Assembly: GCA_946965045.2 (NCBI GenBank)
Contig: OX337230.1
Location: 3,348,001 to 3,412,000 of the forward strand
Direction of reading: 5' to 3'
DNA length: 64,000 nucleotides
Source: Epithemia pelagica
Lineage: Eukaryota > Protista > Bacillariophyta
The notes under the pieces are model-generated. The model was not told where the DNA came from. It searched no databases and saw nothing but the letters and a program-made list of their open reading frames with translations. Position 1 is the stretch's first letter. Each line of letters begins with the position of its first letter. Made by a program: the position numbers and the translations under genes. Positions 22,041 to 33,522 of this stretch are shown here, in pieces.

Positions 22041-22457
22041 TTATGCACCATCGTCATCCTCGTCGTCTCCCAATTCGTCCAGGGCGGTTCCGAGAATGGT
22101 CCAATCCACGAGCCGCGGTGGTGGTGATGATGTACCAACACGACTGTCGTCGTGGAACGTGTAAGGAGGCGACGACGACAGGTGGGATCCACAGAACGAC
22201 GATTGTCCAAGAATATTCGTATTCGTTGAAACGGATCGAGTTGTTGTTGCGGTACGTGAAATGGTAGGAGTGTCTGCTGCTGTCGTACTTATCCAACTGG
22301 TCAGCAGAGACCGACGACTCTGTCGCAGCAACGGTCCGTCGAATGGGCGTGTGACTGGAGTTGTTGCTGGTTTTCCAGTCGAGGATCGCACGGCCGACAG
22401 GGCAGGACGACAGGTCCGGACCAGGAGACGAGGAGCAGCGTTGGATACCAGAGACAT
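22041..22457 (-). CDS. 'DG-tail' family outlier K (138 aa)
   Basis: Presequence-like start MSLVSNAAPRLLVRTCRPALSAVRSS; ends ALDELGDDEDDDGA*. Confidence 0.7.
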   Translation of the reverse strand: MSLVSNAAPRLLVRTCRPALSAVRSSTGKPATTPVTRPFDGPLLRQSRRSLLTSWISTTAADTPTISRTATTTRSVSTNTNILGQSSFCGSHLSSSPPYTFHDDSRVGTSSPPPRLVDWTILGTALDELGDDEDDDGA

Positions 22458-23420
22458 CTTATTCTACGATTGTAGTGCGGCGGAAGGTTCTTGGGCCATT
22501 CATTGTGTGGTGGTGGGGTTGGGTTGTTGGGTTTCTAGGATGGATCCTTACAGGGGATGTGGATCCGATGCGACCGCCGAACGCACGCCTGGCTGGATCA
22601 CGAGTACCGATTCTATGGCATGGAGAGTACCATACTTTTTACTTAAGGAAATTGGTGGAGTATACCAGCGCGCGACTGAAAGACATAAGGAGGCACGCCG
22701 GCATTTCCGTTGCGGACGAAAAAGGCATGCCGAGAGCGAGCGTCGGCAGTCCATTCCGGAGTGCGTGGAGAGATGGGGCATGGGGTGTGATTTCTGCAAA
22801 CCGCAGTGTAAATTATGGGCTTGGGCAAGAGGACATCGGTTCTTGTTGTGGTTGTCGGATCACCTCTCTCTTGGCATTGACGTTGTGTTGTTGGCCTCTT
22901 TATATACTCGTTTTGGAACCTCTGGTCTCTGTGTACAGTGGTGACAACAAACCCAAACTTGGAACGAGATTCCTCAATCGTGGTGGAAGAGCGACATATC
23001 GCGCACCGTTTGTCTTTGGATCGAGTCTTGGATTGTGGAAAGGGTGTGTGGTTTCGAGAAACCCATCTCTCTGTATACGTTTTTGGGGTGTGTGTTGGGT
23101 TTGGATTCGTGGAAGCGTAGAATCTACAAGCGAGTTTCGTTCCTTGCCATTGGATTCCTATTGTACCAAGGCCTTTGGCAACAACACATACACAACAAGA
23201 TTATCGAGAGCTGCACTCGCGACGAATTGGTTGGATCATTGAATTGCTCTGGTCCACAAAGGAAACAAGCTCCAATCCTTTTCCTTCCTCCAGTGATTCT
23301 GAGAACAGTGGACGCTTTTGAAGCACATTCGGACGTTTGGATCACCCATTGCTATTGCGCGTTCTTGGCTAGTACTTGCACAACTTTTTGGCGTAGAGTC
23401 TTTGACACATTATCATCATC

Positions 23421-25838
23421 ATGGCGCCGTCTTCTACTACTACCACAGTCGTGGTCCAAACCACATCGCCGACGGGAACCGTGACGAGCACCAGCAGTAC
23501 CCCGCAAGCCTTTTCACCATCGTCCTCGTCTGGAACCAAACCCAACAAGCCACACCGTCCTTTGCCGTCTCGAACGACCACAACATCCAACAACCACAAC
23601 CACAAGAGCCAAAAGGGTCGACGACGACACAGCAATCCGTCTCCTTCGACGAATCCTTCCAATACAACGCGTCATCGATTGGATCGATTTGGCTTTATTA
23701 CCAACATGGATGCGCAGGGGCATGTGACGGATATCGAAGACGACGAAGACGACAATGATTGGGAAGAGAGACATTCGGAACGAAACGTCTTTGCGATACG
23801 AGTCCAACAGACTCGCCACAACATTCAGGATCGGATCCCCACCTTTGCCGAACATGTCCGAACGCAACGTCGCGCCAAAAAATGGGATGCCATGATGGGA
23901 CGATGGTCCATTCCGGAGCAAAAGAGTGCGGCTACGGCATCGAAAAAACGTCGTTCGACCAACACATCCACAACCACATCCACAGCAGTGGCTCCTCCCA
24001 AACGGGCTCCTCCTACTCCCGTGGCGACTGTGACAGCCGCCGCCGCCAAGGTTCCCAAAGCCGTCCATCGTCGCAAGGTGGTGACGCGATTGCGCAAAGG
24101 GGTTCCCGATCATGTACGGGGCCAAGTCTGGCAATACTTGGCCCGGGTGCCGCAAAAAATGAAAGTCCACAAGGGCCTGTACCATAGATTGGTCCAACAA
24201 GCCATTGATCAACATGTCCAAGCGGCGCAACAGTTTTCCTCCCCCGACAGTACTTCCTTGACGGCTTCCATGGTGGAGCATGCCAAAACCTTCAAGAGTA
24301 TTCAAGATACAATTGAACGAGATATTCATCGAACCTATCCACGACATCACTTGTTTTATGAATCCGAAGAGGAAGAAGAGGAGTTGCAGCCGCCGCCGCA
24401 GCACGGAGGTGAGTTGGCCGCCCAGCCGGCCGTGTCGTCTCCTTCTTCTCCCACTAGCAGTCCACGAACCAGCGACGCCAACAACAACAACAACACTACT
24501 ACAACGAGTACGGTCCATACCGTTGCATCGGGGGATGACAACCAGCCCGAAACCGATACCGAAGTCGTATTGGCTGCCGCATCGTCTTCCTCCTCCTTAC
24601 TTCGGAATCCGACCTTGCGTCGTGGCAGTGGTGGTGTGTCTCCACGGGAAGCCCCACAAGGGGAAACTGACAAGGAGGACGAAACAGATGGACACAAGGA
24701 GGAACATACCGATGACGACGACGATGATGATGATGATGAAGATCGATTTCAAATGGGTGGATTTTGTGGCAATGAAGAAATTTCCAATATGATTCGAGAA
24801 TTGGAAGGAGTTGTGGCCGGAGACGATGCGGGTGGTAGTAGTTCCTTGGCCACATTTGCTGCCGCTTCGGCTCAATCGACATTGACACCACAGTCTGCCC
24901 AACCATCGTCACGGCCCATGAATGGACGAAACAGTCCTGTCTTGCCGGGACGGGTGGCCGATGCGGTGGGGGGCCAAGCCTCGTTGCGGCGTGTCCTCAA
25001 GGCCTATTCCGTCTATGACCGAGAAATTGGATACTGTCAAGGGATGAATTTTGTGGCGGGCATGTTTCTGACCCTCATGCCGGAAGAAGAAGCCTTTTGG
25101 CTCTTGGTGTCCGTCATGAATGAAGAACCCTGTCGAATGCGTGGACTCTTTGGGGAAGGCATGAGAGAAACCCATTTGGTATTGCATGTGGCGGAACGGT
25201 TAATTCAACTGCATTTGCCCAAGATTTACAAACAATTGGACAAGGAGCATGTTCACATTACCATGTTTGCGACACAGTGGCTCTTGACACAATACACTTC
25301 GTCCTTTCGGTTTGATTTGGTCTTGAGAGTATGGGACGCCTTTTTGGGAGAGGGATGGAAAGTCACCTACCGTGTCATGTTGGCCTTGTTGAAATTGCAC
25401 GAAACGCAATTGCTGCAATCGTCCTTTGAAGATGTCTTGACCTTGGTTCGGGAATTGCCGGATCGTGTGAATGGCAATGACGTGTTGGAATTGGCCTTGC
25501 AAATTCCCTTGCGACGACAAACCATTCAAAAGTTGGAAACCGAATGGCAGACCAACCATGCACCGCCCGCGCAACCCAGTGCCACCGTCTCGGCGTCGTC
25601 GTCGGGGTCTTCCAAACCCAAGAAACAACACAACAGCAACAACAAGGGAGCAGCCAAACCAGGGACGACTCGAACGTCACCACCCCGCAAATCCAACCCC
25701 AGTGCTGCGGGCAAAACAGTGACCCGTCCCAAGACCAAAGGGACCACGACGACGACTCGTGCCAATTCACCACGCAAATCGAGTGCCACCACCACAACTG
25801 CGGCGGCGGTGCCCAAGAAAAAGGTGGCCACCAGCTGA
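23421..25838 (+). CDS. TBC-domain Rab GTPase-activating protein
   Basis: Motifs RLRKGVPDHVRGQVW, IERDIHRTYP (Arg finger), LRRVLKAYSVYDREIGYCQGMNF (Gln finger) and FATQWLLTQYT...VLRVWDAFL; 805 aa. Confidence 0.93.
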   Translation: MAPSSTTTTVVVQTTSPTGTVTSTSSTPQAFSPSSSSGTKPNKPHRPLPSRTTTTSNNHNHKSQKGRRRHSNPSPSTNPSNTTRHRLDRFGFITNMDAQGHVTDIEDDEDDNDWEERHSERNVFAIRVQQTRHNIQDRIPTFAEHVRTQRRAKKWDAMMGRWSIPEQKSAATASKKRRSTNTSTTTSTAVAPPKRAPPTPVATVTAAAAKVPKAVHRRKVVTRLRKGVPDHVRGQVWQYLARVPQKMKVHKGLYHRLVQQAIDQHVQAAQQFSSPDSTSLTASMVEHAKTFKSIQDTIERDIHRTYPRHHLFYESEEEEEELQPPPQHGGELAAQPAVSSPSSPTSSPRTSDANNNNNTTTTSTVHTVASGDDNQPETDTEVVLAAASSSSSLLRNPTLRRGSGGVSPREAPQGETDKEDETDGHKEEHTDDDDDDDDDEDRFQMGGFCGNEEISNMIRELEGVVAGDDAGGSSSLATFAAASAQSTLTPQSAQPSSRPMNGRNSPVLPGRVADAVGGQASLRRVLKAYSVYDREIGYCQGMNFVAGMFLTLMPEEEAFWLLVSVMNEEPCRMRGLFGEGMRETHLVLHVAERLIQLHLPKIYKQLDKEHVHITMFATQWLLTQYTSSFRFDLVLRVWDAFLGEGWKVTYRVMLALLKLHETQLLQSSFEDVLTLVRELPDRVNGNDVLELALQIPLRRQTIQKLETEWQTNHAPPAQPSATVSASSSGSSKPKKQHNSNNKGAAKPGTTRTSPPRKSNPSAAGKTVTRPKTKGTTTTTRANSPRKSSATTTTAAAVPKKKVATS

Positions 25839-26510
25839 ACGACAATGACGACGACGACGACAACAACAAGAAGAACAACAACAAGTGGGAACACTCATTC
25901 ATTTCTGTACACGCATTCGTCTTTTGTACCCGTTTCGGTGGTGGCGCCTTGTCATTTATAACACGAAGGGCCAAGAGAGAGAATGGCAGTGTATGGAACA
26001 TTTCTGTGTGTTTGGAACGACGACGAGAGTTGCCTTGGGGACATGCCTCGATGCACTTATTGGTTGGGACAAACCACTAGAAAGGAAAACAAGTAATAAT
26101 ACAATATCTTTTAACAAAAACACTCTAGCGCATAAAAGTGGAGACAGTTCTCGTTCCGCTTGGTGGAGAACAAATTCCTCTTTGGAAACTCCTCGGTGAT
26201 TGGAAATCCACTCTCGAAACTACCATGGTTACCCTGCAGCTATAGTCTCGGAAGCACTTCTCTTCATTGACTCGTTGCATCGGAAAGGGCTTCTTCAAAA
26301 GGCCTTTCATTCCCGAAGACCACCAATGACTGCCAAGGAGACGCAACAAAGGAACAACCAGTTCTCTTCATTTTGCCAAGCCAAAAACAAGCTCTTTGCG
26401 TTGATGAAACGTGTATGCTCACAAAAAGTGTAGATGCTTTGCCAGACAGTACGGAGTACATCTAGGTTTTCCTTCTGCGCCAAGTTTTGGTGCTCTGGTT
26501 GTCTACAAAT

Positions 26511-27906
26511 TCATCCTACCTGGTTGCTCTCTGTCAAACGTCTGCCGTCCTCATCTAGAAACTTTTTGGAACAAGCTGCCACCAAACGATAGTACAGTTC
26601 GAGCCCATGTACGTTCTTCACATGTTGATGAAACAGTTGGTCATGTGACTTTAGGCTGGTTCTGCGCCGTCTCCCATACGGATGATTCATATGAACCACA
26701 AAGTCATCTGGGAATACTCGAAACTTGAACCCGAGCAAGACACATTCCACAATCAAACTTGCTTTGTTGAATCCAGACCCACGATACTCGGGGAAAAAGA
26801 GTGGCAAGTGGTCTTTTCGCGCAACCACATAGGGTTCAAATTTGTTGCAAGAATAGGGAACCCAATAGGGCTGATGTATTGCTTCTTCATCTTTGGATTC
26901 TGCCAGCGAAAACCAGTGGGAGAAGTTTGTTGCTCCATGTCCAGGTTTCCAACCATTGTGGAAGATATCCACACGTTTTTGCTCAAATGCATTGATTAGT
27001 TCCTTCTTAGTCTTTGGTACAGTTGTCACATCACTTACAATCTTGGTACCCTTTACCGGAAACTGTTCAAAGGCTGGCATGATGTACAAGGTTTTGAAGT
27101 GTTTGCTGACGTCTCCATCGCTGTTGTTGCTAATACGCCTTTCGGTTTGTTCTTTCTGTTCCTGGGATCGCATGATTCGTGTAATCCGATCATTGGCACC
27201 CTCGCTCGGAACAAAATCCACATCCAGTAACAGGACATAATCCGTCTGTACATGTTTGAGGGCCAGTGAGCGAAGCATGTGGATTGGGTACTCCTTCTTG
27301 TTCTCGCTTCTATCATCTACAGGCTCCACCACTACGTGCAATGACACAAATCTCGTCCACAAACCCTCATGATCACTTTGAGTTTCTTGTTCCACAATGT
27401 CGACAAACGATTCCAAATCCGTTTCATTCGTGATGTAGACCGCGCAGCTGATGGGTGCCCTCCATCTTTGCAGTATGGCCTTGATCCGTGACAATTTGTT
27501 GACACTGGCTTGTGTAAAGGCTGTAATGATATATTCCATGTCATGACTCCATGTTGTGTTCCGGCTGTCCGTGACAAAGGGTAATTCGTAATATGGATTG
27601 TCGGTGCTGTTGTTCTGAACCGTGTTGGACAAGAAAGGTCGAACTCGATCACGAATGTTGTGGCTGCTTTGATTTTGGCCACCAATAATTTCGCCATTGG
27701 ATTGAATGTTTGCAGGGATGGTCATTTTTCGTCCCAGGTCGTTCGAGCCGAGAATGTACGTATTGATGATGGAGGTTGGCGAAACTCAGCAACTGGTCCA
27801 ACAGAAACAGTGCCAAACGACCACCAAGGAGGAACTTGATATATTTTCTGGTCTGTGTGTTGGTCAAGTATGTGGTTAGAGAGCTGATCGAATGATTCAG
27901 TGTCAT
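26511..27906 (-). CDS. LARGE/B4GAT1-like glycosyltransferase (GT49), with an apparent 1-nt frameshift near 27726
   Basis: Motifs WRAPISCAVY, DYVLLLDVDFVPS (DxD), MPAFE, FEPYVV and GFNKAS...FVVHMNH. The signal-anchor (KFLLGGRLALFLLDQLLSF, from ATG 27906) is in another frame and joins if ACG-AAAAA-TG has 4 A instead of 5. Confidence 0.8.
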
Positions 27907-28526
27907 GGTGGGAGGCGCACGGTGTCATCCGCAAACTGCAAAATGTGAGCGCGCACCATCGCCGATATGCCCGCGCCGACAAGACGTTTGCCCGCCGAGT
28001 CAAGCCGGGCACGGGGCACGCCCGAGCGACGCGAAAGGAAGGAGAGGCACTTGACTGTCCCGACTGATTGAGTTCTTTGTCATAAAGATTCCAAGATGGC
28101 ATTGGGTAAGAAGGACGCTGGGATTTGTAGCATGACCATGTTTACTATCATGCTATTACAGGTAGGGGGAACTCCTTCCCAATGGAGTGGTGTACCGATT
28201 CATCAAGGTGAATCGGTGTTGACCAAATCGACGACCACGTGCTTCTGTCCAAGCTCGTAGACTCTCAACCACCGTAGAACACCAAAAGTTTAACGAACCA
28301 AAGTCCTCAGACAGGTCCGAGTTAGCACGCGGGGCGAACCTCCGCTTTCAGCTATCTGTTCAGACGGTCACTTGCCACAGTGACCGCATTCCAGAACTCC
28401 TTTATCGTTAACCCCTCAGTAGCTCCAGCAGCGGAATCGTTAACGACAGACATGGACGGTCCGAAACCAGTCCTGTCCTCTCCCCCCCCATAATCGTCCA
28501 CATGTATTCTTGAAGTACCTTGTTTC

Positions 28527-30059
28527 TTACAAGGCTTCTGAGTATTGCAATAAAGTTTCCAACGCGGCAACCACGTCCGTGTAGAGATCCACCATGTCGG
28601 CTTGAGCGAAACGCCCACGCGCTTGTTCTTGAGAGCGCCATCGATTATTTAGCACTACCACATCCTTGGGAACCCTTTTGTTGCGGGCCTGTGTGGTTGA
28701 CCCTCTTCTTAGAGACCGACAAAAGCTAAAGCGTTGTATTGCTTCCCAATCGTTGCCCACCAAGCTTGGATTTTCCTCTTGTAATTTGGTGAGGGCTTCA
28801 TGCAACCATATGTCAAGTTGACGAATGCTGATAGCCTTCTCTTGAGTTGGTCTGCTTCTAAGCAACGGGCCATGTACGACATCATAATGCTGATATGCCA
28901 ATAGAAGATCTACCAACCATTCTTCGTTTTCGATGCCTGATGCCGTGACCGGGCACAATGGGATTTTATGTCTTTGTCTTGCTATCATCCCCTTGAAACG
29001 ACCCTCCAGGGCAAGCAACACATGTCGCTTGGTCGGGTGTCGGAGTCCTTGCGTAGTGAGCACAATGGTGTCGTGTAGGCGTATATGCCCTAATTCTTCT
29101 CCTCTCAGAGCGCTTGAAAAACCCAGAACCAATGCCGCTCCCAACGTTGCGTACTTGAAGCGCATAAGCTTGTCTCCGGTTTCTTTAGCTAGGAACAACT
29201 CTTTTCTCAATGACTTTTGTAACGCCAACACGACTTCTATCGACATGGCTGCGTCTTGCAACTTCACGTCTCCCATTCTCTCATGAGAACCTTGCATGAA
29301 CCTCTTGAACCATATGGAGTTTGAAGCACTTTCAGTAATATGAGTGGAACGTTTACCGTCACTCAATACTGCTCCCTTGACCCCTTGAGGGGTTGTGTGA
29401 ATAAAATTTGAATATGCAGAGCGCATCCCACGCATAGTGTCCCATTGAATCGTCTTGGAATTTTTTCCCCTGTCCAGCGATCGCTGTAGCGATACAACCG
29501 CTGGGATCATGCCGAATTCGTCCGCCTGTTCAAAGGGACCTCGTTTGAACGAGGTGGATGGGCCTGGAATTCTCAAGTCCGATAAGATTTTCATAAATTT
29601 GCTCATGTCCCTGAGATTCCCTTGAACTGTACTGGGCCGCCGTGCCCAAAATGCGTCGAGATTGGCTCTAACAATACATTTGATCATCCACCGATCCTCT
29701 TCGGAATTGCAATTCGGATTCCTGCCTGTGATGTTTCTAAAATGGCAGATCTCACACTGGAACAGAGTCATCAAATGGTCGCCTGGTCGCGCTACCTTGA
29801 ACCATTCCTTCATTTCATTTTTCTTGGTCTCGGTGGCTTCCCATCCTTCTTCTTCTTCCACAGTGTTACCCTCAGGATCAACTTCCATTCTACGTGGTTG
29901 CAAATCTTTGGGGAAAGGATCATATCCTCCGGGAACCTCGTAGCATGGAGCATGATAGGCCGCTCGGCACGGGCTCCAATGTCCGCGCGTGTGACCATAA
30001 TTGGCGCACACGATCCCTTGAGTGTGGCATAGGCTGCCTGTGCAACGTACGCAACTCAT
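28527..30059 (-). CDS. Tyrosine recombinase of the retroelement
   Basis: Catalytic-type motifs SALRGEEL (R), RSLRRGSTT (xxR), NNRWR (W) and DLYTD (Y). Cys/His-rich N-terminus. Overlaps the RT-RH ORF end by 140 nt. Confidence 0.88.
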   Translation of the reverse strand: MSCVRCTGSLCHTQGIVCANYGHTRGHWSPCRAAYHAPCYEVPGGYDPFPKDLQPRRMEVDPEGNTVEEEEGWEATETKKNEMKEWFKVARPGDHLMTLFQCEICHFRNITGRNPNCNSEEDRWMIKCIVRANLDAFWARRPSTVQGNLRDMSKFMKILSDLRIPGPSTSFKRGPFEQADEFGMIPAVVSLQRSLDRGKNSKTIQWDTMRGMRSAYSNFIHTTPQGVKGAVLSDGKRSTHITESASNSIWFKRFMQGSHERMGDVKLQDAAMSIEVVLALQKSLRKELFLAKETGDKLMRFKYATLGAALVLGFSSALRGEELGHIRLHDTIVLTTQGLRHPTKRHVLLALEGRFKGMIARQRHKIPLCPVTASGIENEEWLVDLLLAYQHYDVVHGPLLRSRPTQEKAISIRQLDIWLHEALTKLQEENPSLVGNDWEAIQRFSFCRSLRRGSTTQARNKRVPKDVVVLNNRWRSQEQARGRFAQADMVDLYTDVVAALETLLQYSEAL

Positions 30060-33000
30060 TCCTTGCTGTTGCCAGAACGTCCGAGAATTTAGCTCTCCAC
30101 GGTCGTCTGTTTAGCAATGGAAAGATAAAAGCTAACGTTAGTGGTTCATGCTCGGAGTCCTTAGGCCAAACATTGTGAGCAAAAGGAAGGACGCAATACA
30201 TGTCAGACACTTTTGTGAGCATTCGTCTCCAACGACCACTCAAAATGGATGGAGCAAGAAAGATGTGAGTATTCCACGGACGGATTTGCCACGCTTCTGC
30301 GATCATGAACACTGCCACGTCTGCAATGCAGGGTGGAGGGGTCCAGATGAAAGTTCCATCCATGGTCTGGGGCTTAGTAAACCAGTCTTGGATTGATAAG
30401 GGGATGACACTTGAAATGTCATCGATGATATAGTGGAGTAAGTTAGTGACCACCCGAGGTTGTCGCTCTGGTGCAGATTTGTGGAGCGGAACGAAGTTGA
30501 GCATTGCGTCTCCTCTCATAACTCCGCTAGTTAGATCTGACCTTGATAAACCGTCCGTGCCTTGGACAATCATTCTCTTTCCGGCTACCCAGACCACATG
30601 AATAAACACATCTCCGTGTAGTAGGATCTTGTGTAATCGTAGCATAAGTCTCAGCACTTCGGGCGATTTTGCGGATCCTCTGTAGAATGCAGCTTCCGCG
30701 TGCATGTTGTCCGTGAAAATAAAGGTCTCAGACAATTCATTTAGCTTGTGTTCGGCAAACATCTGCTCAATCTTCATGACGATGTTCGCCAGCTCTCGAA
30801 AGTTAGAAGACGACTTGGACATTTTCTCGCGATCCCAGGAGCCGAAGTCAACTTCGATTTGATCGTCGCCTGGAGACCAACCCGACATTCCAAATCCGGC
30901 TCCCGAGGCATCACCGAAATAGTATCTGGCTACCGCCCCGTGCTTGACAGGGCGAAGCGTTCGTTGAGGAGGTTCTTTACTTGCCGTGAGCTTTTCCAGA
31001 GCCTCCACATCAAATAACATCCTGGGCACCATACGAACTCTCGCTGGATTATTGAGAATGGGCTTCCTCACACTCTCATTCTCGAGAATGACATCCGAAC
31101 CAAGCTTCCACCCTTCCTCGTCCCTGTCGGGACGCCAGCTATTCATAGTCGCATAGATACCGTTCAAGTAAATGCGAACCACCCAATAAGCTTGGCCAAT
31201 ATGGTTCAAAAATCCTGTGACTTGCTCCAGAACTTTGCAGTTCACTGTCCCTTTAGGCGAAGCCTTGTCTCTGGCTTCCACTTCATCACGTAGACGTTGA
31301 ATTTCGGATTGCGTCTTTGACCATTTCTCTTGTGTCACAGACATGTATGGACGCTTCGGATGAGTGCCGCATACAACTCCGGCCCACGCACCAGGGCGTT
31401 GTGTCTGCTCGCGACGCTTTTGCGCGGCGTCTTGGACTCCATGAAAAGAAGCAGTTTTTGCTATGCGGGAACTCACTCTCCAGGCATCTTCCGCGGTCGG
31501 AGCTGTTCCTCTTAAATCATCGACGTAATCGTGTGCGTCGGCCGCTATCTTTCCGTCACGTCGGAATTAAGCTATCCACGGTACTCCAGGTTTGTAATCG
31601 ATAGTCCCGGGTAGGTTGATCTTTACTGAGTCCCATCTAAACACATTCTCCGAATCTTGTGGGTTTCCCAACATGATTTGTTTGAGGCGTCGGGTTTGTT
31701 GGACCGTATTGAACGGCGACGGGCTTTGGCCCATCGGACATCGTTTCCAACCTTCGAGATATAGTTCTCCGTCGTCCGTGATTCCTATGAGTTGAGTCAG
31801 ATCTATGCCGCTGAACTTTTGGAGCTCCGGATGGAGCCAAAAGTTCAGGAACATTTCTCCGTAGTCGTTGTCTACGCACCAGTAGTCTTCGTCTAAGGTG
31901 CGTATCAATACATCAGAGTCTGGCAACGGGAACCACGGCGCGTATAAACAATCGTTTAAGCCGCTTTTGGTTCCATCGTATACCATTCTGATGTCAGAGT
32001 CCCCCTTTGGGACTGCAAAATAATTCATCGTTGCCGACCATGATCCTGGTCCGACGTATCCTTTGTTTCGCACGTCGTCAATTTTCTCTCTGATCTTCTC
32101 AATCATTTCGGGTTCTCCCAAACCTTGTTGCCTTTCGATAATAGGTTTTGGAATATTTGTCCATAATGGGGGAACTCCGATGGCCACATCGTTCAAATAT
32201 TCTTCTGGCCATCTCCAGAAGAAGACTCCCGAACCCTCAGGCCAAGCCCAGAAAGTTGCCTTCATAGCTTGTCGACACGCTTGCATCCCGCGTTCCTGCA
32301 CAAGTTTCCACCATGTGGGTTCGTTCGACTTGATCGTTGATTCGTACTGACTCCACCACTTGAACCATGATGTTCTAACGTTGCGCTTCCATCGGGTGAG
32401 CATTACATTGCGTAGCGCATCGAAGGCTCGGAGATGGTGTTCCTCCAACTGAGTAAGACCCAGTAAATAACGAATCCGATCATTCCACAAGTGAATAGGG
32501 ACTGCGGCTTTGTCATGTTTCACCGCCTTTTCTGCGGACACTTCTTCCCCGATGGTCCGAACGTATCCTCTCATGCGTTCCGCAGAGTCGAAAGTAGGTC
32601 CGGCGTCCTCGTCTACTTCGTTGCACACATTAACTGACGCTCGATTTATCATTTCCGTATCGCCCGTCCTTGGCGTACTCTTCTCTCTGTGTGTTGACCA
32701 CTTAGAAATGCAAGACCCGAGTGCCGCTGCCATTTTGATTGGTGCAGTCAACTCCCGTGCCACCGTCTCTATTGTGGCGTCATTCCATTGTTTGAAGAGC
32801 GCCGCAGGGACATCCAAACTTGAGCAGACCTCGTCTCCCTCTAATGTGCGCTTGACAAGGGCGTCCTTTCCAAAAACTGTGGGTAGAATCCACTTCTTTC
32901 TTCTGTCCTTTTGCAGTGTCTCCATTGCCACTACCGGAGAATTTCCAATTCGAAACGCGTCCGTTCCTGGCCTCACGCGTTTGCTGGTCCGCGTTTTGTG

Positions 33001-33522
33001 TATCAGGTCTGTGAAATGACTGGGCGCCCCCGTGATACAATCTGGTTGGAAGAAATTCCAATCGGTATCTCGCAACCAAACATGCATTGTTTTGCGACAA
33101 TCCGTGACTCCTCCCAGTTCGATATGAGTTACCGTTCGCGTGCTTATTGTCCAACCCTCCGCTGGTTTCCCCCGATTCGTTCTTTCGGCTAATACCAATT
33201 TCAGATGAGGATTCTTCCACATACTTGACGCTTGACGAGGCGGGCGAAATCCTCCCTCGAACACGAGAACGTCGATTCCACCGTGACTTCCCGCGTCAGT
33301 TCCTTCGACGTCGCGGAGGATCTCTTCTGTACTCGATTGGTCATCCATCAACCATTGCACTTGGGTATCTGGAGGAATGAGATGCTGCCAGTGGCTTTGA
33401 GAGTATGGGAGAACAATCCATTTCAATTTGCAATCCGTCAGATTATCCGAAACAAAGACCCACGGAGATACACCCACCGTCACTACGCCCATAGTCAATC
33501 GTCCAGCTGTCAACGGCACCAT
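29920..33522 (-). pseudogene. RT-RNase H-MT polyprotein interrupted by one in-frame TAA (31567-31569)
   Basis: RT motifs YFAVPKGDSDIRMVYD, DYGEMFLNF and MGQSPSP. Reading through the stop gives PWIA*FRRDGKIAADAHDYVDDLRG (YVDD). RNase H: YFGDASGAGFG, SSNFRELAN, FIFTDN, DGLSR. DIRS methylase-like tail: WTPPP...IFLAP...W. Confidence 0.88.

Noticed and set aside
7784-22457. DG tails as mere (GAY/TCR)n microsatellites
   Set aside because: Asp and Glu codons are mixed, the terminal Gly is conserved with different codons, and the distance to the stop is fixed (0-1 residue) in ten divergent copies.
22261-24518. Long ORFs 22261..22944(+), 22361..23242(+) and 23514..24518(-)
   Set aside because: No motifs; they overlap or are antisense to better-supported genes (member K, TBC) and have non-protein-like composition.
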